DNA of 64,000 nucleotides from Eledone cirrhosa (lineage: Eukaryota), in contig OZ024757.1 of NCBI GenBank assembly GCA_964016885.1, positions 4,340,001 through 4,404,000 on the forward strand, given 5' to 3'. Shown piece by piece: positions 1-15,590 of the stretch. Both the position numbers and the translations under genes were made by a program. Every line of letters begins with the position of its first letter. The stretch's first letter is position 1. The notes under the pieces are model-generated. The model ran no database searches, was not told the origin of the DNA, and saw nothing but the letters and a program-made list of their open reading frames with translations.

Positions 1-119
1 AGTTATTCTGTCAGCATAAGCTGGGTGAATATATGAGCGCGTAGAAAATAGACCTTTCAAGATGAATTCAATGTAAGAAAGAAGGAAATTGTTTTCGTCG
101 CGAACGGGGTGAAGTGAGA

Positions 120-362
120 AGGGGAGAAACAGTGAGTGAGTGAGTGGAAGTGTGAGGAAGAGGTCAGTAGAGAGAAAGTGTTAACTGACATGACAGAGGG
201 GGCGAAAGAAAGTAAGAGAAACAGAAAGAACGAGGGAGCAGTCAGAGAGAGAAAGAGAAAACAGAATCGCAGTTTAGGTAAATATATGTGAAAAAATGGG
301 GAGAAGAATACTGTAGGTTGCACATGGATAACATGTTATAAAATGACTCCCTCATCAGATAT
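120..362 (-). mobile_element. Diverged PLE-type terminal-repeat remnant, related to the 5817-6845 family
   Basis: The purine-rich block (gagtgagtgagtggaagtgtgaggaagagg...) aligns by eye with 6140-6365. Minus-strand CTGATGAG at about 351-358 has no intact GAAA partner. Confidence 0.5.
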
Positions 363-679
363 ATAAATAAGATGCCGAGGTTCCCCATGCAATCGAGATG
401 TCCTTCGTGCATTTGTTGTTGATTATGAGAACGGATTCCTCAGATGAAGATCGATGTATTTGATATGCCGCTGGCAGGAAAACACACGTCCTAATGCCTG
501 TGCCCCCAGCATAAATATGAGTTCCTTGAAGGGTTTGCCAGCCGTCGCGTTTGTTAGAAATAACTATCACCGAAAAAAGACGAAAAGAACGAAGAACTGA
601 GTGCAACCAAAACCCAGTAGACAGTTGAAGGAACACAAAGAGCTCTGAGGAGGGTATACATTTAGTTGACGCCCATCTA

Positions 680-1190
680 TAGACAACAACAACAACAACG
701 ACGACAACTACAACAACAACAATGAAAATAACATCAAACCGCCGACCAAAGTTGTCCACAGTGGTCGCAATAGTCGTGCTGATACCATCACCCTATTGAC
801 AACAACAACTAAAACAACAGCTACAGTAAAAGCACTTACAACGACAACAGCAACAAACGACAACAACAACAAAAACACAGACCAGCGTCGTGTATTCAGC
901 TCGTAGTCATCGCAGTGACGGTTCCACCCTGTTGACCGTAAGAGCGATAACGCCAAAGCAATAAAAAGGAGTTTAGAGGTAGGTGGGTACCAAGAGTTGG
1001 TGATATCAATCATCATGACCATAAACAGTAACAACAATAATGACAACGACAACAAACACCAACACCGCCCTTCACCCATCCCGTTCGTCGCAGTAGTAGT
1101 GGTATCAACTATGTTAGTATTAAGCCATTAGTAACACCAATACCAACAACAAGACCAGCGATGATCCCACCACGGCGACGGCGGCAACAG
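680..1190. repeat. (ACA/ACG)n-rich low-complexity region
   Basis: Runs of acaacaacaac interrupted by unique sequence. Confidence 0.6.
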
Positions 1191-1711
1191 GAAAAAAGCC
1201 ACGCTTCCATGAAAATTAAACTAACTTTTGTTGAAACAAGGAGGTGAAAATGGGATAGAAAACATAGATGGGTATTTATATATATAAAAAAAACATTCCT
1301 AGTTAATACAATCCTCTCTATCACTGGAAGGCACAAGGCCAGCAATGATCAAAGCATTCAGTCCAAACCACAGTGGCAACAATACTATCAAAGGGGCTGT
1401 TAGGCCATGGAAGAGAGTTACGGGAAGCGAAAGTAGGAACAGGAACAAATAGAAGAAACGAGAACACATAGAGAACATAAACAGAGGAAAAGGGAACAAA
1501 GGACAAGAAACAAGCACACATAGAGACTCCAGGTGTGCAAACAAGATAACCAAGGCTCGCCTGACGCTGGGGTTGCCGCGAGGCTATGCCTGGCTTCCAC
1601 GAACAAGATTGTAAAAGTGTTCAACTAGCACCACTACGTTGCTAGTCCGTACAGTTTGAGGAAGGTTCCAGAAGATCTGTGGAGGCAGGTGCTTACCCCT
1701 TTTATTGATAA

Positions 1712-4231
1712 CTCAAGCTCCCCTCTTTAAAGAACAACATCATTCCAACCACCATCAGGAATATACATCTACCCGAATGTTTACGATCACCATCCTTCGA
1801 AAACACCATCCGCCACATTCAACGCACGTTTATCAAGAAAATACTACGACACAACCACCACCAACTGCGACTCCATATACAAACGCTTTCCGAGCACATA
1901 GATCGTATAGCTCCAACCCTCACCCCTGACCACCAGGTCCAGGAAATACGCAAAGCTATAGATCAGTGTTACCACACCAGAGTCAAATATGATAAACAGC
2001 GCCTTATACGGAAATACGAATGGACTGTAAACAAATACTACAATGACAACATCCGCTCCCACAGACGGACCGACTACAACCACACCAGGAGCAACAGCTA
2101 TACAACACCCTCCGCTACACCCCCCAACATCGATCTACCTACCAACGATGCTTCACACCTCGTTACCGACTTAACCGGTACCCTCACCAACGACGAACTC
2201 GAACTTCTGCGCCTCGGACCCAAGTTCATCATTACACAGCGTCTCGATGATAGACTGAAACTCGACATCGAAACCAACTTCTGTCGGACAGCATATCAAC
2301 TGAAATGGCTAACCGCCATCCAAAACAACACCGAGATCGATTACAACCCCACAACCCACCCCACACTCCCCACGTATCACCTCGACAACCCACTCCACCC
2401 CCCACCCACCAACCACGAACTTGACACTAAACTACTCAGTTTGAAACATTCTATCTCTAACATCCTTTCCCAACACACACACACACACAATAAACGCAAC
2501 CTCACCAATGCACAATTTAATACTCTCACCAACCTAAGATCCAGGAACCTTGTGTACCTTCCCTCTGACAAGGGGAAAGAATTCTGTGTCATCTCGAGAG
2601 AGACCTACAACAACTTAGCTCTCCAACATCTTAATGACCACAGCCTCTACTCGAAAGTCACAGGGACCTCCTCGACTCTAATCGAGGAAGGCATTAACAC
2701 CATATGGACTAACATCTGTGTCCAACGAAAACTGCCAAAGAAGGTAAAAAACAACATAATGACTCGAAACAGCAAATTACCCACCTTCTACCACCTGGTT
2801 AAAACACATAAACAAGGACCCGATTTGAAAATCAGGCCCATTGTCTCTAGCGTGGAGGGCCCACTCTACAAAATATCGTGGCTGCTCTCCACACTACTGA
2901 AACCCATTCTACACACACTACCAGCCCACGTCAGCAGCTCAAAGGAGGTCTTGGAGCGACTACACCATCTGGCGCCCAACACCAGAAAGGACAACGGTTA
3001 TGCCTTCAGTCTTGATGTGGTCGCCCTTTATACCTCCGTACCAGCATCCCCAGCTGTCGACCTGTTGACCGAACGAGTCCGAGCATCTAACTTACACTGC
3101 TTCGGACTCACACACACGGACATCCACCAACTCCTCTCCTTCGTTGTGGATAATGCACTCTTCAATTTCCTCGGCCACACGTACAAACAAATCTCTGGGC
3201 TACCTATGGGCTCTAGTCTGTCCGGCATACTTGCGATCTCGTACATGGACCACCTGGAACGCAAGGCACTCAATACCTGCCAACCCAACGCCGTCGCCTT
3301 CTACTCCAGATACGTTGATGACATCCTGATACTTACTTCTTCCCGGGAGATGGCGAATGAAATTCACCAAATCTTCAACGATACTGACCATCACGTCGAT
3401 TTCACCATCGAACACCCAGGAGAAGACGGGTCACTCGCCCTCCTCAACTTCCGTATCAACATCTCGGAAGAAGGAGACATAAACACCACCTTCTACCGCA
3501 AAGCAGCGTGCAAGGACTTATTTGTGCATTATAACTCAGCCCTCCCCAACAACGCTAAGAGAGGCTATGTCCTAAATGAACTGACACGGATCACTAACAG
3601 ATGCAGCGACCCGATGGGTGGTCTCACCCATACCACGCAATTCCGTAATCTACTCAGATCTAATGGCTATCCCAAGCGACTGATTAACGGAATTAGAGAC
3701 CCCAGACCCAATAGACAGACGCCCACTAGAAACTTAAATAAAAGCAGCTGCTTCTTTAAAATCCCCCACCTGAGTGAATATACCACGAACGCCATCCGCA
3801 GGGCCATACGGACGGAGGGACTTGACATACATTTGGCCCACACAGGACCTTCGCTGCGAAGATGCCTCTCCAACAAACCCGACGAGTCAGATGGGACGTG
3901 TTCCCTCAGCAACTGCCCGATACGGGGGGCAGATTGCCTACGCACCTATGTCGTATATAAGATTCAATGCGATAAATGTAACAAGTTTTACTTAGGTAGC
4001 ACCATCCGACCCCTACATGTTCGTATCAAGGAACATATCAACACCAACGCATCTTCCTTCCGTAAACACATCCTTAAATGCGGAAACCCACAGGGTAGAC
4101 CCTTGGTCACAGTCCTAGCGACTGAACGCAGCATCGGATCCTTAAGGATAAAGGAAGCACTTGTTATTAAGAACCTCAGACCCCCATTTAACAACCGGGC
4201 TGAGAGAAATGAGCTGACATGGCTAACTTAA
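1712..4231 (+). CDS. Penelope-like retroelement polyprotein: N-terminal domain, reverse transcriptase and C-terminal GIY-YIG endonuclease (tentatively Naiad-like)
   Basis: The track ORF 2441-4231 stays open upstream in frame to the TAA at 1709-1711, giving about 839 codons. Motifs: LVTDLTGTLTNDELELLRLGPKF, PSDKG, LVKTHK..RPIVS, SLDVVALYT, GLPMGSSLSG, RYVDD, FYRK, C-x4-CP-x5-C linker, VVY-x3-CxxC-x3-YLGSTIRPLHVRIKEH, KEA..N. Confidence 0.93.
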   Translation, partial: LKLPSLKNNIIPTTIRNIHLPECLRSPSFENTIRHIQRTFIKKILRHNHHQLRLHIQTLSEHIDRIAPTLTPDHQVQEIRKAIDQCYHTRVKYDKQRLIRKYEWTVNKYYNDNIRSHRRTDYNHTRSNSYTTPSATPPNIDLPTNDASHLVTDLTGTLTNDELELLRLGPKFIITQRLDDRLKLDIETNFCRTAYQLKWLTAIQNNTEIDYNPTTHPTLPTYHLDNPLHPPPTNHELDTKLLSLKHSISNILSQHTHTHNKRNLTNAQFNTLTNLRSRNLVYLPSDKGKEFCVISRETYNNLALQHLNDHSLYSKVTGTSSTLIEEGINTIWTNICVQRKLPKKVKNNIMTRNSKLPTFYHLVKTHKQGPDLKIRPIVSSVEGPLYKISWLLSTLLKPILHTLPAHVSSSKEVLERLHHLAPNTRKDNGYAFSLDVVALYTSVPASPAVDLLTERVRASNLHCFGLTHTDIHQLLSFVVDNALFNFLGHTYKQISGLPMGSSLSGILAISYMDHLERKALNTCQPNAVAFYSRYVDDILILTSSREMANEIHQIFNDTDHHVDFTIEHPGEDGSLALLNFRINISEEGDINTTFYRKAACKDLFVHYNSALPNNAKRGYVLNELTRITNRCSDPMGGLTHTTQFRNLLRSNGYPKRLINGIRDPRPNRQTPTRNLNKSSCFFKIPHLSEYTTNAIRRAIRTEGLDIHLAHTGPSLRRCLSNKPDESDGTCSLSNCPIRGADCLRTYVVYKIQCDKCNKFYLGSTIRPLHVRIKEHINTNASSFRKHILKCGNPQGRPLVTVLATERSIGSLRIKEALVIKNLRPPFNNRAERNELTWLT

Positions 4232-4249
4232 CCATAGTGACCATTCACA

Positions 4250-4640
4250 GCCTACAGCCTGCTATCTTCACACACACGCACGTATATGCATACCCATACG
4301 CATACACACACACATCTATATTTATACACGCACACATGTTTTTACAACCTACCACCTTTCACACCCTTTGATTTCCAGCTTCTACAGCCCACTATCTTTC
4401 ACACACACACGCACTCACACATATACACACACAGTTACACACACATGTATACCCATACGCTTACACACACACATCTATATTTATACACGCACACATGTTT
4501 TACAACCTACCACCTTTCACACCCTTTGATTTCCAGCTTCTACAGCCCACTATCTTTCACACACACACACACTCACACATATACACACTTACACTTATAC
4601 ACACACAGTTACACACACATATATTTACACACACATATCT
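4250..4640 (+). repeat. About 159-bp CA-rich tandem duplication in the PLE 3' UTR
   Basis: tctatatttatacacgcacacatg occurs at 4315 and 4474. Confidence 0.85.
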
Positions 4641-4831
4641 TACGGCTTTCACACGCTAGCGCACCCTCTTGATTTAACCCATTTGGTCAGTAGCTTTTGC
4701 CACAGCCTATCACGCGCACGCGCATTCTTTCCCTCGTTTAAATTTTAAATTAATTTTCTCCCCATAACGGCATTCCTGTCTTAACGACATCACAACTTTC
4801 TCCGCTTGGCCTGTTCCCCCCCTTTTGGAAC

Positions 4832-4869
4832 TTTCCCCCGTTGATGGGCGTGAGCCCGAAATATTGGGA
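4832..4869 (+). ncRNA. Minimal hammerhead-like motif with an altered core
   Basis: ccc-CCGTTGA-t-gggc gtga gccc-GAAA-ta-tt-ggg. Stems I, II and III are recognisable but CUGANGA is altered. Confidence 0.5.
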
Positions 4870-5016
4870 TTAAATCTCCACTACGGTAACCCTTCTACCT
4901 TTGTTTTGTTTTCATCTTTGTCTCTCTCAATTTTCACTTTCACCTGTTTCTCCTATCTATCATTCTCTTCCTACCTCGAGATTTCCCTCTGCATTGTTGT
5001 GGCTTTCTTAACTATG

Positions 5017-5079
<63 letters not shown>

Positions 5080-5082
<3 letters not shown>

Positions 5083-5600
5083 GGAAAATAGTAAAATCGA
5101 ATCTCTGGCGGTTTGCAAATAAATCGGCCTACTTATATGAAATGATGAGTTAGCAAAGCACTCGATAAGTAATAACATACGTTTAAATAGCTTGACAAAT
5201 CGAACATTGTGGTAGGCGAATCTAACACACAATATAGACCAAAGTAACGATAGAACTAATCAGGTTGAGAAAAATACACCTGGACAAATCAAACGATTAA
5301 TCGTTTAAAGTGTTTCTTTGAATCCGAAATCAAATATCAGACTTACATGACTGGCAAGCTCGTGGTATTCATGATCGAACGGAGGATTCAGTTTTTCAAC
5401 AGGATTTTCGTTCTGCCTATATGTTGCTGCTATATATATGCTGCGTATCGTATCTATAGCTGTCACGTGTTAATTCCGGCAAGGGAAATAACCCCCGGTT
5501 TTTGGCGGGTTATTCAAAATGTTAGACAAAGGAAATATTTTAATTTCCGCTAATCATCATGATAAGCTCTCAACTAGATGTTATAAAACAAACATAAATA
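5080..5600 (-). mobile_element. Non-coding pLTR-like insert with a degenerate long-stem-II hammerhead (5286-5407)
   Basis: Minus strand reads aaatc-CTGTTGA-long hairpin (tgaatcc/ggattca)-TAAA-cgattaatcg-tt-tgattt. TCGAGTGCT tail motif at 5157-5165. Flanked by (TA)n. Confidence 0.5.
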
Positions 5601-5718
5601 ATTATATATATATATATATTAGAAAGTGAGGTTTTTTTTATAAAATAAAATATATATTTTTTTTAAATAAGACTCCAGTTGCATTTTCGATTTCATCTTT
5701 TTTCCTTACACACACACA

Positions 5719-6845
<1,127 letters not shown>

Positions 6846-7009
6846 ATATATATATATATATATAAGTTGTGGTGTGTGTCTATATGTTATATTACTTGGA
6901 TATTACATTAGTTGTGGTGTATATATAAAATAATCTAATGTGTTATATACTCTTGTACATTTACAATACACAACAAATGAAATTATTTCCTACCAAATGA
7001 ATTTTTATA

Positions 7010-7352
7010 CTTTGGTAGGGTCATGCTGCCAATAAAAACACACGCACATATTGATTTCCATTCAATTTATTATAAACTCCTAGTCGGTTAATTTAATAAC
7101 CGGATGGTTGTTTAGTTGTTGATTGTCACCAAAGCTCTTTCGTCACACATTCTGTGACCTCCTCAGTGACTACTTTTGTTGTTGTTTCCTGCCTCTCCAA
7201 GATGGTTTAAGATAGGACAAAGGAGAGCCACTAAATAACAACAGTGGTAGTCACCGAGGAGATCACAGAATAGGTGACGAAGTAGCTTTGATGACAATCA
7301 ACAAATAAGCTACCATTTGGTTATTAAACTAACCGACTGGGAAATTATAATA
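7010..7352. mobile_element. PLE pLTR with inverted partial copy; hammerhead at 7125-7170 (-)
   Basis: Minus strand reads gtca-CTGAGGA-g-gtcaca gaatg tgtgac-GAAA-gagcttt-ggtgac. A diverged inverted copy lies at about 7245-7352. Same family as 14515 and 23915. Confidence 0.8.
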
Positions 7353-7941
7353 ATTCTCACATCCATTCTCTCACTCTCTTTTTCCTTCTCTGGAAGAAAT
7401 CTCCTGTGTTCAAATCTAAAGAGGGGTGGGCTCTGCCAGGTTTAAAAAACGCTCCAGAAGGGCCGTTAGTCAATTCGGTGCCTTTAAGTCTCCCTCGGGA
7501 GTTACGGGACTTTCTCTCTTTTCTTCACCGCCATCGTCGCCATATTGATTGCTTAGAAATCCTTCTCCCAACACATTTAGTTCGACATATCTCCTTCCAC
7601 ATTTGGCAGACGACCAGATACTTTAAAGCAGGCGTATATTGAAATAAATCGCCTCTCTCTCTCTTTGTTGCTTTTAAGTAGTTACATTCAATTTGTCAGC
7701 GGCCCTGCTGTTTCGCTTATATGTCAAACACACATACACACATTGACAGATAGATAAAAAAAACACACACACACACATTAGCAGATAAATACAAACATAC
7801 ACATCTATATATATCTCTATCTATCTATGTGTCTGTATATCTATCTACTTACCTATCTATCTCTCTATTTATCTATTTATCAATTTATTTCATTTATTCT
7901 CGCCCTCTCTCTCTACATTATACACACATACACACACACAC

Positions 7942-8024
<83 letters not shown>

Positions 8025-8261
8025 TGTATAAGTGTGTCAGTGGGTTAAGTCGTCTGACCAACCCACAATTGGCCAAACGTGTTGAGTACAGCTAAAACCC
8101 TGACATGACCAAAACCAACCAGAGATCAGTGGAAGTCAACGAGGGAGGCGAGGGAGAAGAAGGCCATGGATTGGATCTCTGCCTAAATATACATTTACTG
8201 ATCCATCAATCAATTTGTTTATCTGACTGCCAGTCTAAATACATAGCTGTTTATCCCATAT

Positions 8262-8306
<45 letters not shown>

Positions 8307-8393
8307 TATACATAGATACAACATACGTATATATATATACATACATACGTATATATAAACGAAGCCAACTTTATAATGTTTGATTTACACTTG

Positions 8394-11103
<2,710 letters not shown>

Positions 11104-11105
<2 letters not shown>

Positions 11106-11708
11106 TTGGAGGTTGTTTTTTGTTATTTCGTGGGCCGAAATGCGAATCTCGATAATTTATGTTTGTATTATTCTCCAGACTCTAGTTATTGACATGTTAA
11201 TTTTAACCCTTCTGTTGAGAACTCTATTCGATTTGTGATGTTTTTGCATTCTTGCATAAAATATACACAACTGAATTCATTCGCCTGATATAGGGGTTGC
11301 CTCCCTTGCCTATCCCCACGTGGGGTCAGCAATATTCAGTCCTTGTATTAACATTGAACTAAAATCTGTTGAGAAAGTGGCTTCCTTGTTCAATCATCTT
11401 ACCAGAAGCCTGACATTATTTATGTAAGCGGACGGTACTTGATTTAGGAGCCGCAGAAACCCATATACTGGATTTTACCAACCTTCCAGGGGTCCGGGTA
11501 AATTTTCAATACCCGAATTACTTGATCGTTTTTGTTTTTTTGGGGGGTTATGCGAATGATTGTTTAACCATCGTCTCAGTGTGTTTGGCCTTTAAAGTTT
11601 GTTATAGCTCTGGTTAATCTGAAACATTGAGCACTTGCCGCGCGTCTCGGAGGTTGTTTTTCGTTATTTCGTGGGCCGAAATGTGAATCTCGATAATTTA
11701 TGTTTGTT
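11104..11708 (-). mobile_element. About 542-bp unit with terminal direct repeat; degenerate PLE-derived element
   Basis: 11104-11166 is repeated at 11646-11708. Minus-strand 11330-11400 reads like a GIY-YIG C-terminus (LNKEA...GLN). A homolog lies at about 51750-51935. Confidence 0.55.
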
Positions 11709-11812
11709 TATATATATATATATATATATATATCCAAAATTAAGATAATATATATATATGATGGATATATATATATATATACAAAATTAAGATATATATA
11801 TATATGATGGAT

Positions 11813-12400
11813 GCCCCCTCGTTATCGAGTATGGCCATTGCACGATATACCATTATTAATAATTATTAATTAATTCTATCGCCAAAAGCAGAAAAGATCA
11901 ACATCATCGGTAACTACTGAGCCGCAGGTTTTATATCGGAGTTATCCCAGTTTCCTGAGTTGCCTTCTCCTAGTAGAATGCCCTGACAAAGGCTAGGGAT
12001 CCTTCACTCCCAGTGGTTTAACCGCGCGGTACATGTGTGTATACATATTTACACACTTTCGGTTGGCCGTATGTAACCCAGTGCAACCTGTCGCATGGTG
12101 GGGTCGTCGGCGACTAAACCGGCAACCCCACTAAATTTACTTGGTGAGGAGGGTGATTTTGGACACCCTGCAGGACACAAAACAAAACCTTACAAAGGGC
12201 GGAAGAACTCATAAGAGTCACCGGCCATATATGTGTTCGATCTACGGAATAGCCTACTTGTAAAATTAAAGTGCAAGTGACTAAACATTCTACAAACACA
12301 TGAAGTACTAACAGAGTTCTCAGGGAGATTCAGAGTGACACCATGGCTGACAAGGCTGGTTCATTCAATGAAATCCTTTTTTTGCCAGCTGTATAAAAAT
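11813..12400 (+). mobile_element. Probable 5' UTR fragment of an RTE-like LINE or a related SINE
   Basis: GC-richer island with gagttgccttctcctag-type sequence reminiscent of RTE 5' ends. No ORF is present, so the assignment is weak. Confidence 0.3.
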
Positions 12401-12403
12401 ATA

Positions 12404-12501
12404 GTGTCTTGCTCAACGATATAACCACACCCCCACCCCAGTAGGGGAATGGAAATCTTTACCTTATGATTTCATTAACCCAACAACTGAGCCACGTGCC
12501 T

Positions 12502-12505
<4 letters not shown>
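12404..12505. mobile_element. Old SINE fragment (second family)
   Basis: gtgtcttgctcaa...gggaatggaa...ctgagccacgtgccttcac resembles the reverse complement of a tRNA-derived SINE head. Confidence 0.45.
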
Positions 12506-12550
<45 letters not shown>

Positions 12551-12553
<3 letters not shown>

Positions 12554-14445
12554 ACAAAGGAAATGTGGTAAGGAACCAGGTGGACCATAACGCACCAAAG
12601 TACTCAATACTTAGGGTAGTAGAGTGGGTAAGAGGAACGAGCAGGACCCCGACGGCTGAGCTCAAGCCGTTTCGACGGCTAATTCTGGTCTAAGTGAACA
12701 TTTTTATCCTGGTATATGAATAGCCGAGCTTCTCAGGGGGGTAATTCCATATATGGTAAAAGTGATTGTCATAAGGATTGGTCAAAAGTTTGTTGTTGAG
12801 ACACATAATTCTATCATGGCAATTTGTGGAAGGAAGGGGTAGCTGAACCTGCCAGTAGAAGAAAGAGGGAGAGGGGTTGGAGGAAACCCAGTCGTGCGTT
12901 GATAGTGCCAACTACAGCAGGGCAGGAGGTCAAGAAAGTATACTAGGGAGGGGGAGGGGGAGGAAGTCGAAACAATAAGTAAAACAATATGGGGTAAAAA
13001 TATAGAAGAATACCGAGAATGTTAAAAAAAACAATTAAATATAAAAAAACAATTTCTGGTTACTATTCCCCAACGACAGCCATCAAATCTCTCACTGGTA
13101 CTGCTAGACTATAGAAAAGTTTTCTAGGTGGGACGGAATTATAATGAGACCCTTTTAAGAGGTAGTAGTAATCAACCGAGTATATCTTACGGTGAGGGTC
13201 AACAAGTGGGGGCCAAAATACTAAAGAAACTACCACGAAATAATAATTCAGAGTCCCGAGACTAATACGAAATAATTGTTTCTACCCTAGGCACAAGGCC
13301 AGCAACCACCTAGTGCAAAAAATAAACTAATACGAAATAATAATTCAGAATCCTGAAAAAGAATACTAATACTATCTCTAAGGGTGCCGCTGCGATACAA
13401 AAATTCTACTGCAAACTACATAAATGCTCGTACGAAGTATATGAAAAATTTGATACGGAAAATTAATACAGAATCCCCCCCACCCAAAAAAAAAAAGAAA
13501 TACTAATATACGAGAAATTAAAGCAAAGATACCACTAAGAAATGTAGAAAGCACGGAAAAGGGGCAGCCATCGGATAAGAAAGCAAGTATCCGGGGTCTA
13601 TCACATCTGCTATAAAAAGCGGAGTCGGCCAATTCTATCATAGAATAGGGGAAGGGGGTGGGGGTACTGAGGCTACAAAGGACCGAGGGGCTGCCTCGGG
13701 TGGGCGTGAAAGTGAAAAGGACGACGACAAAGAAAGAGGTCTGGGGTGGAAGGACTAGGAAGGGATGCGGGAAGAAGGAAATATAGAGGAAGCGATAAAA
13801 AGATATAAAAGAAGATCTTACGTCTACCTTTGCAAGCAGGGGTTACCCATTACAAAGTCGGCAAGTGGGGTGTTACAGCCATTGTCTAACCCCCCCCTCC
13901 GGGTCATTATGGGGTTTGAGGGCGAGGTAAGTCCTACGCAATATGTGCTTGCATGCAGTTACCAGTTCGTCTTTCTTGTTTAAGAGTTAGTCCGTCGAAA
14001 ACAGCATTTGTAAAGTTTCCTCCGAGCATAAATTGCACGGACGGTGTCCTCCCGTGTAAGAGTTGGCTCCGGACAGTAAGCTCCAAGTGAGATCATATTG
14101 TTTTATTTATTGTTTCGACTTCCTCCCCCCCCCCTAGTATACTTCCTTGACCTCCTGCCCTGCTGTAGTTGGCACTATCAACGCACGACTGGGTTTCCTC
14201 CACCCCCTCTCCCTATTTCTTCTACTGGCAGGTTCAGCTACCCCCTCCTTCCACAAATTGCTATGATAGAATTATGTGTCTCAACAACAAACTTTTGACC
14301 AATCCTTGTGACAATCACTTTTACCATATATGGAATTACCCCCTGAGAAGCTCGGCTATTCATATACCAGGATAAAAATGTTCATTTAGTCCAGAATTAG
14401 CCGTCGAAACGGCTTGAGCTCAGCCGTCGGGGTCCTACTCGTTCC

Positions 14446-14446
<1 letters not shown>
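12551..14446 (-). mobile_element. 5'-truncated Hydra-type PLE (endonuclease C-terminus plus about 1.4 kb 3' UTR) with an inverted pLTR copy at its 5' end
   Basis: Minus-strand 13930-14098 translates YDLTWSLLSGANSYTGGHRPCNLCSEETLQML...LLNKKDELVTACKH. 14095-14446 is the reverse complement of 12632-12990. Flanked by (TA)n. Confidence 0.85.
14338..14433 (+). ncRNA. Hammerhead ribozyme with extended stem II and a CUGAGAAG core (mirror copy 12646-12742, -)
   Basis: acccc-CTGAGAA-g..cggcta..tagccg.c-GAAA-cggct tgagctc agccg-TC-ggggt. Confidence 0.72.
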
Positions 14447-14514
<68 letters not shown>

Positions 14515-14520
<6 letters not shown>

Positions 14521-14929
14521 ATACTTTGGGAGGGATCATGTTGCCAATAAGAAACACACGCACCAGTTGCTTTCACTTCAATTTATTATAATAAATTTAT
14601 AAATTTAGGAATTTATAAATTTCCGGCTGGTTGGTTGGTTCCACAACCAGATGGTTGTTTATATATTGTCAAAGTTCTTTCGTCACACATTCTGTGACCT
14701 CTTCAGTGACTGGGGATTCTTTTCTTTGTTTTTGTGCCTCTCCTTTGTTCTGTCCTACGCCATCTTGTTTCTCAGATGGCGTAGGACAGAACAGCGATCA
14801 GAATATTAAACATAGCACTACTGGACATTGCTGAGCTTTTGAGTATCAGGTATTTGGAGACCATGGGTTTAGCGTAGTGTGAGTGGAGAATTTGCGCCTT
14901 CTCGTCTATAGTGTTAATCCAGAGTTCCG

Positions 14930-14930
<1 letters not shown>
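14515..14930 (-). mobile_element. Internally deleted PLE: RT-thumb fragment fused to a pLTR; hammerhead at 14668-14710
   Basis: Minus-strand 14790-14930 encodes TELWIN...QILHSHYAKPMVSKYLILKSSAMS. The ribozyme reads gtca-CTGAAGA-g-gtcaca gaatg tgtgac-GAAA-gaac-TT-tgac. Confidence 0.75.
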
Positions 14931-14994
<64 letters not shown>

Positions 14995-15081
14995 ATCCAT
15001 CCATCCATACATACATACATACATACATACATACATACATACATACATACATACATACATACATACATACATACATACATT

Positions 15082-15545
15082 GAGACAGATGGCACTAAGG
15101 AATACTGGTGGAACCTGAAAATAAAAACTGTCACCAAATTAAAGCACAACCGGCCTGATATTGTTGTTTGGGACCACACATTTAAAACGTGTTCTGTTGT
15201 GGAGATCAGCTGCCCACTTGATGTAAACGTTGTCAGAAAAATACATGAGAAGAAGGACATCTACGGACCATTGATGAGGAGTTTACAAATCCAGTATCCA
15301 AGATACACCTTTAGCTTCATACCCATCATTATTGGAGCTACGGGTTATATACCAACCCGCTTGGACCAAAGTATGACTGAACTTGGATTTGAGGACAAAG
15401 AGCGCAGCTCCCTAATTCATAGTCTACAAATGGCTGCGATAGCTGACACCTTCAAAATTTGCAAAACATTCTTGCGATTCAAGGGATTTTAATTTCTTTT
15501 CTTTTACAACCTTGCCACCAGGAAGGTGGCCGGTCAAAAAAAAAA
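15082..15545 (+). mobile_element. 3' fragment of an RLE-type non-LTR retrotransposon (R4/Dong-like)
   Basis: YWWNLKIKT..HNRPDIVVWD..VEISCPLD..EKKDIY..PIIIGATG matches the PD-(D/E)xK restriction-like endonuclease. Stop at 15492, then a short UTR and an A-run. Confidence 0.85.
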
Positions 15546-15590
15546 TACTCGAAATTAACAGAAAGAGATAACATATATATATATACATAT

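Larger units (their letters stand above)
1712..5022 (+). mobile_element. Penelope-like element: ORF plus about 790 bp 3' UTR/pLTR ending in (TA)n
   Basis: The ORF is followed by a CA-rich UTR, a hammerhead-like motif at 4832-4869, a pyrimidine-rich tail and then (TA)n. Confidence 0.88.

Noticed and set aside
7350-7720. GC-richer island with short ORF 7406-7642
   Set aside because: No recognisable motif, repeat partner or structure, so it is left unassigned.
14390-14433. Apparent novel minimal hammerhead core CAGAAUUA-G-CCGU-C-GAAA
   Set aside because: A better fold uses the upstream CTGAGAA at 14343 with a 5-bp stem I. The apparent core is part of the long stem II.
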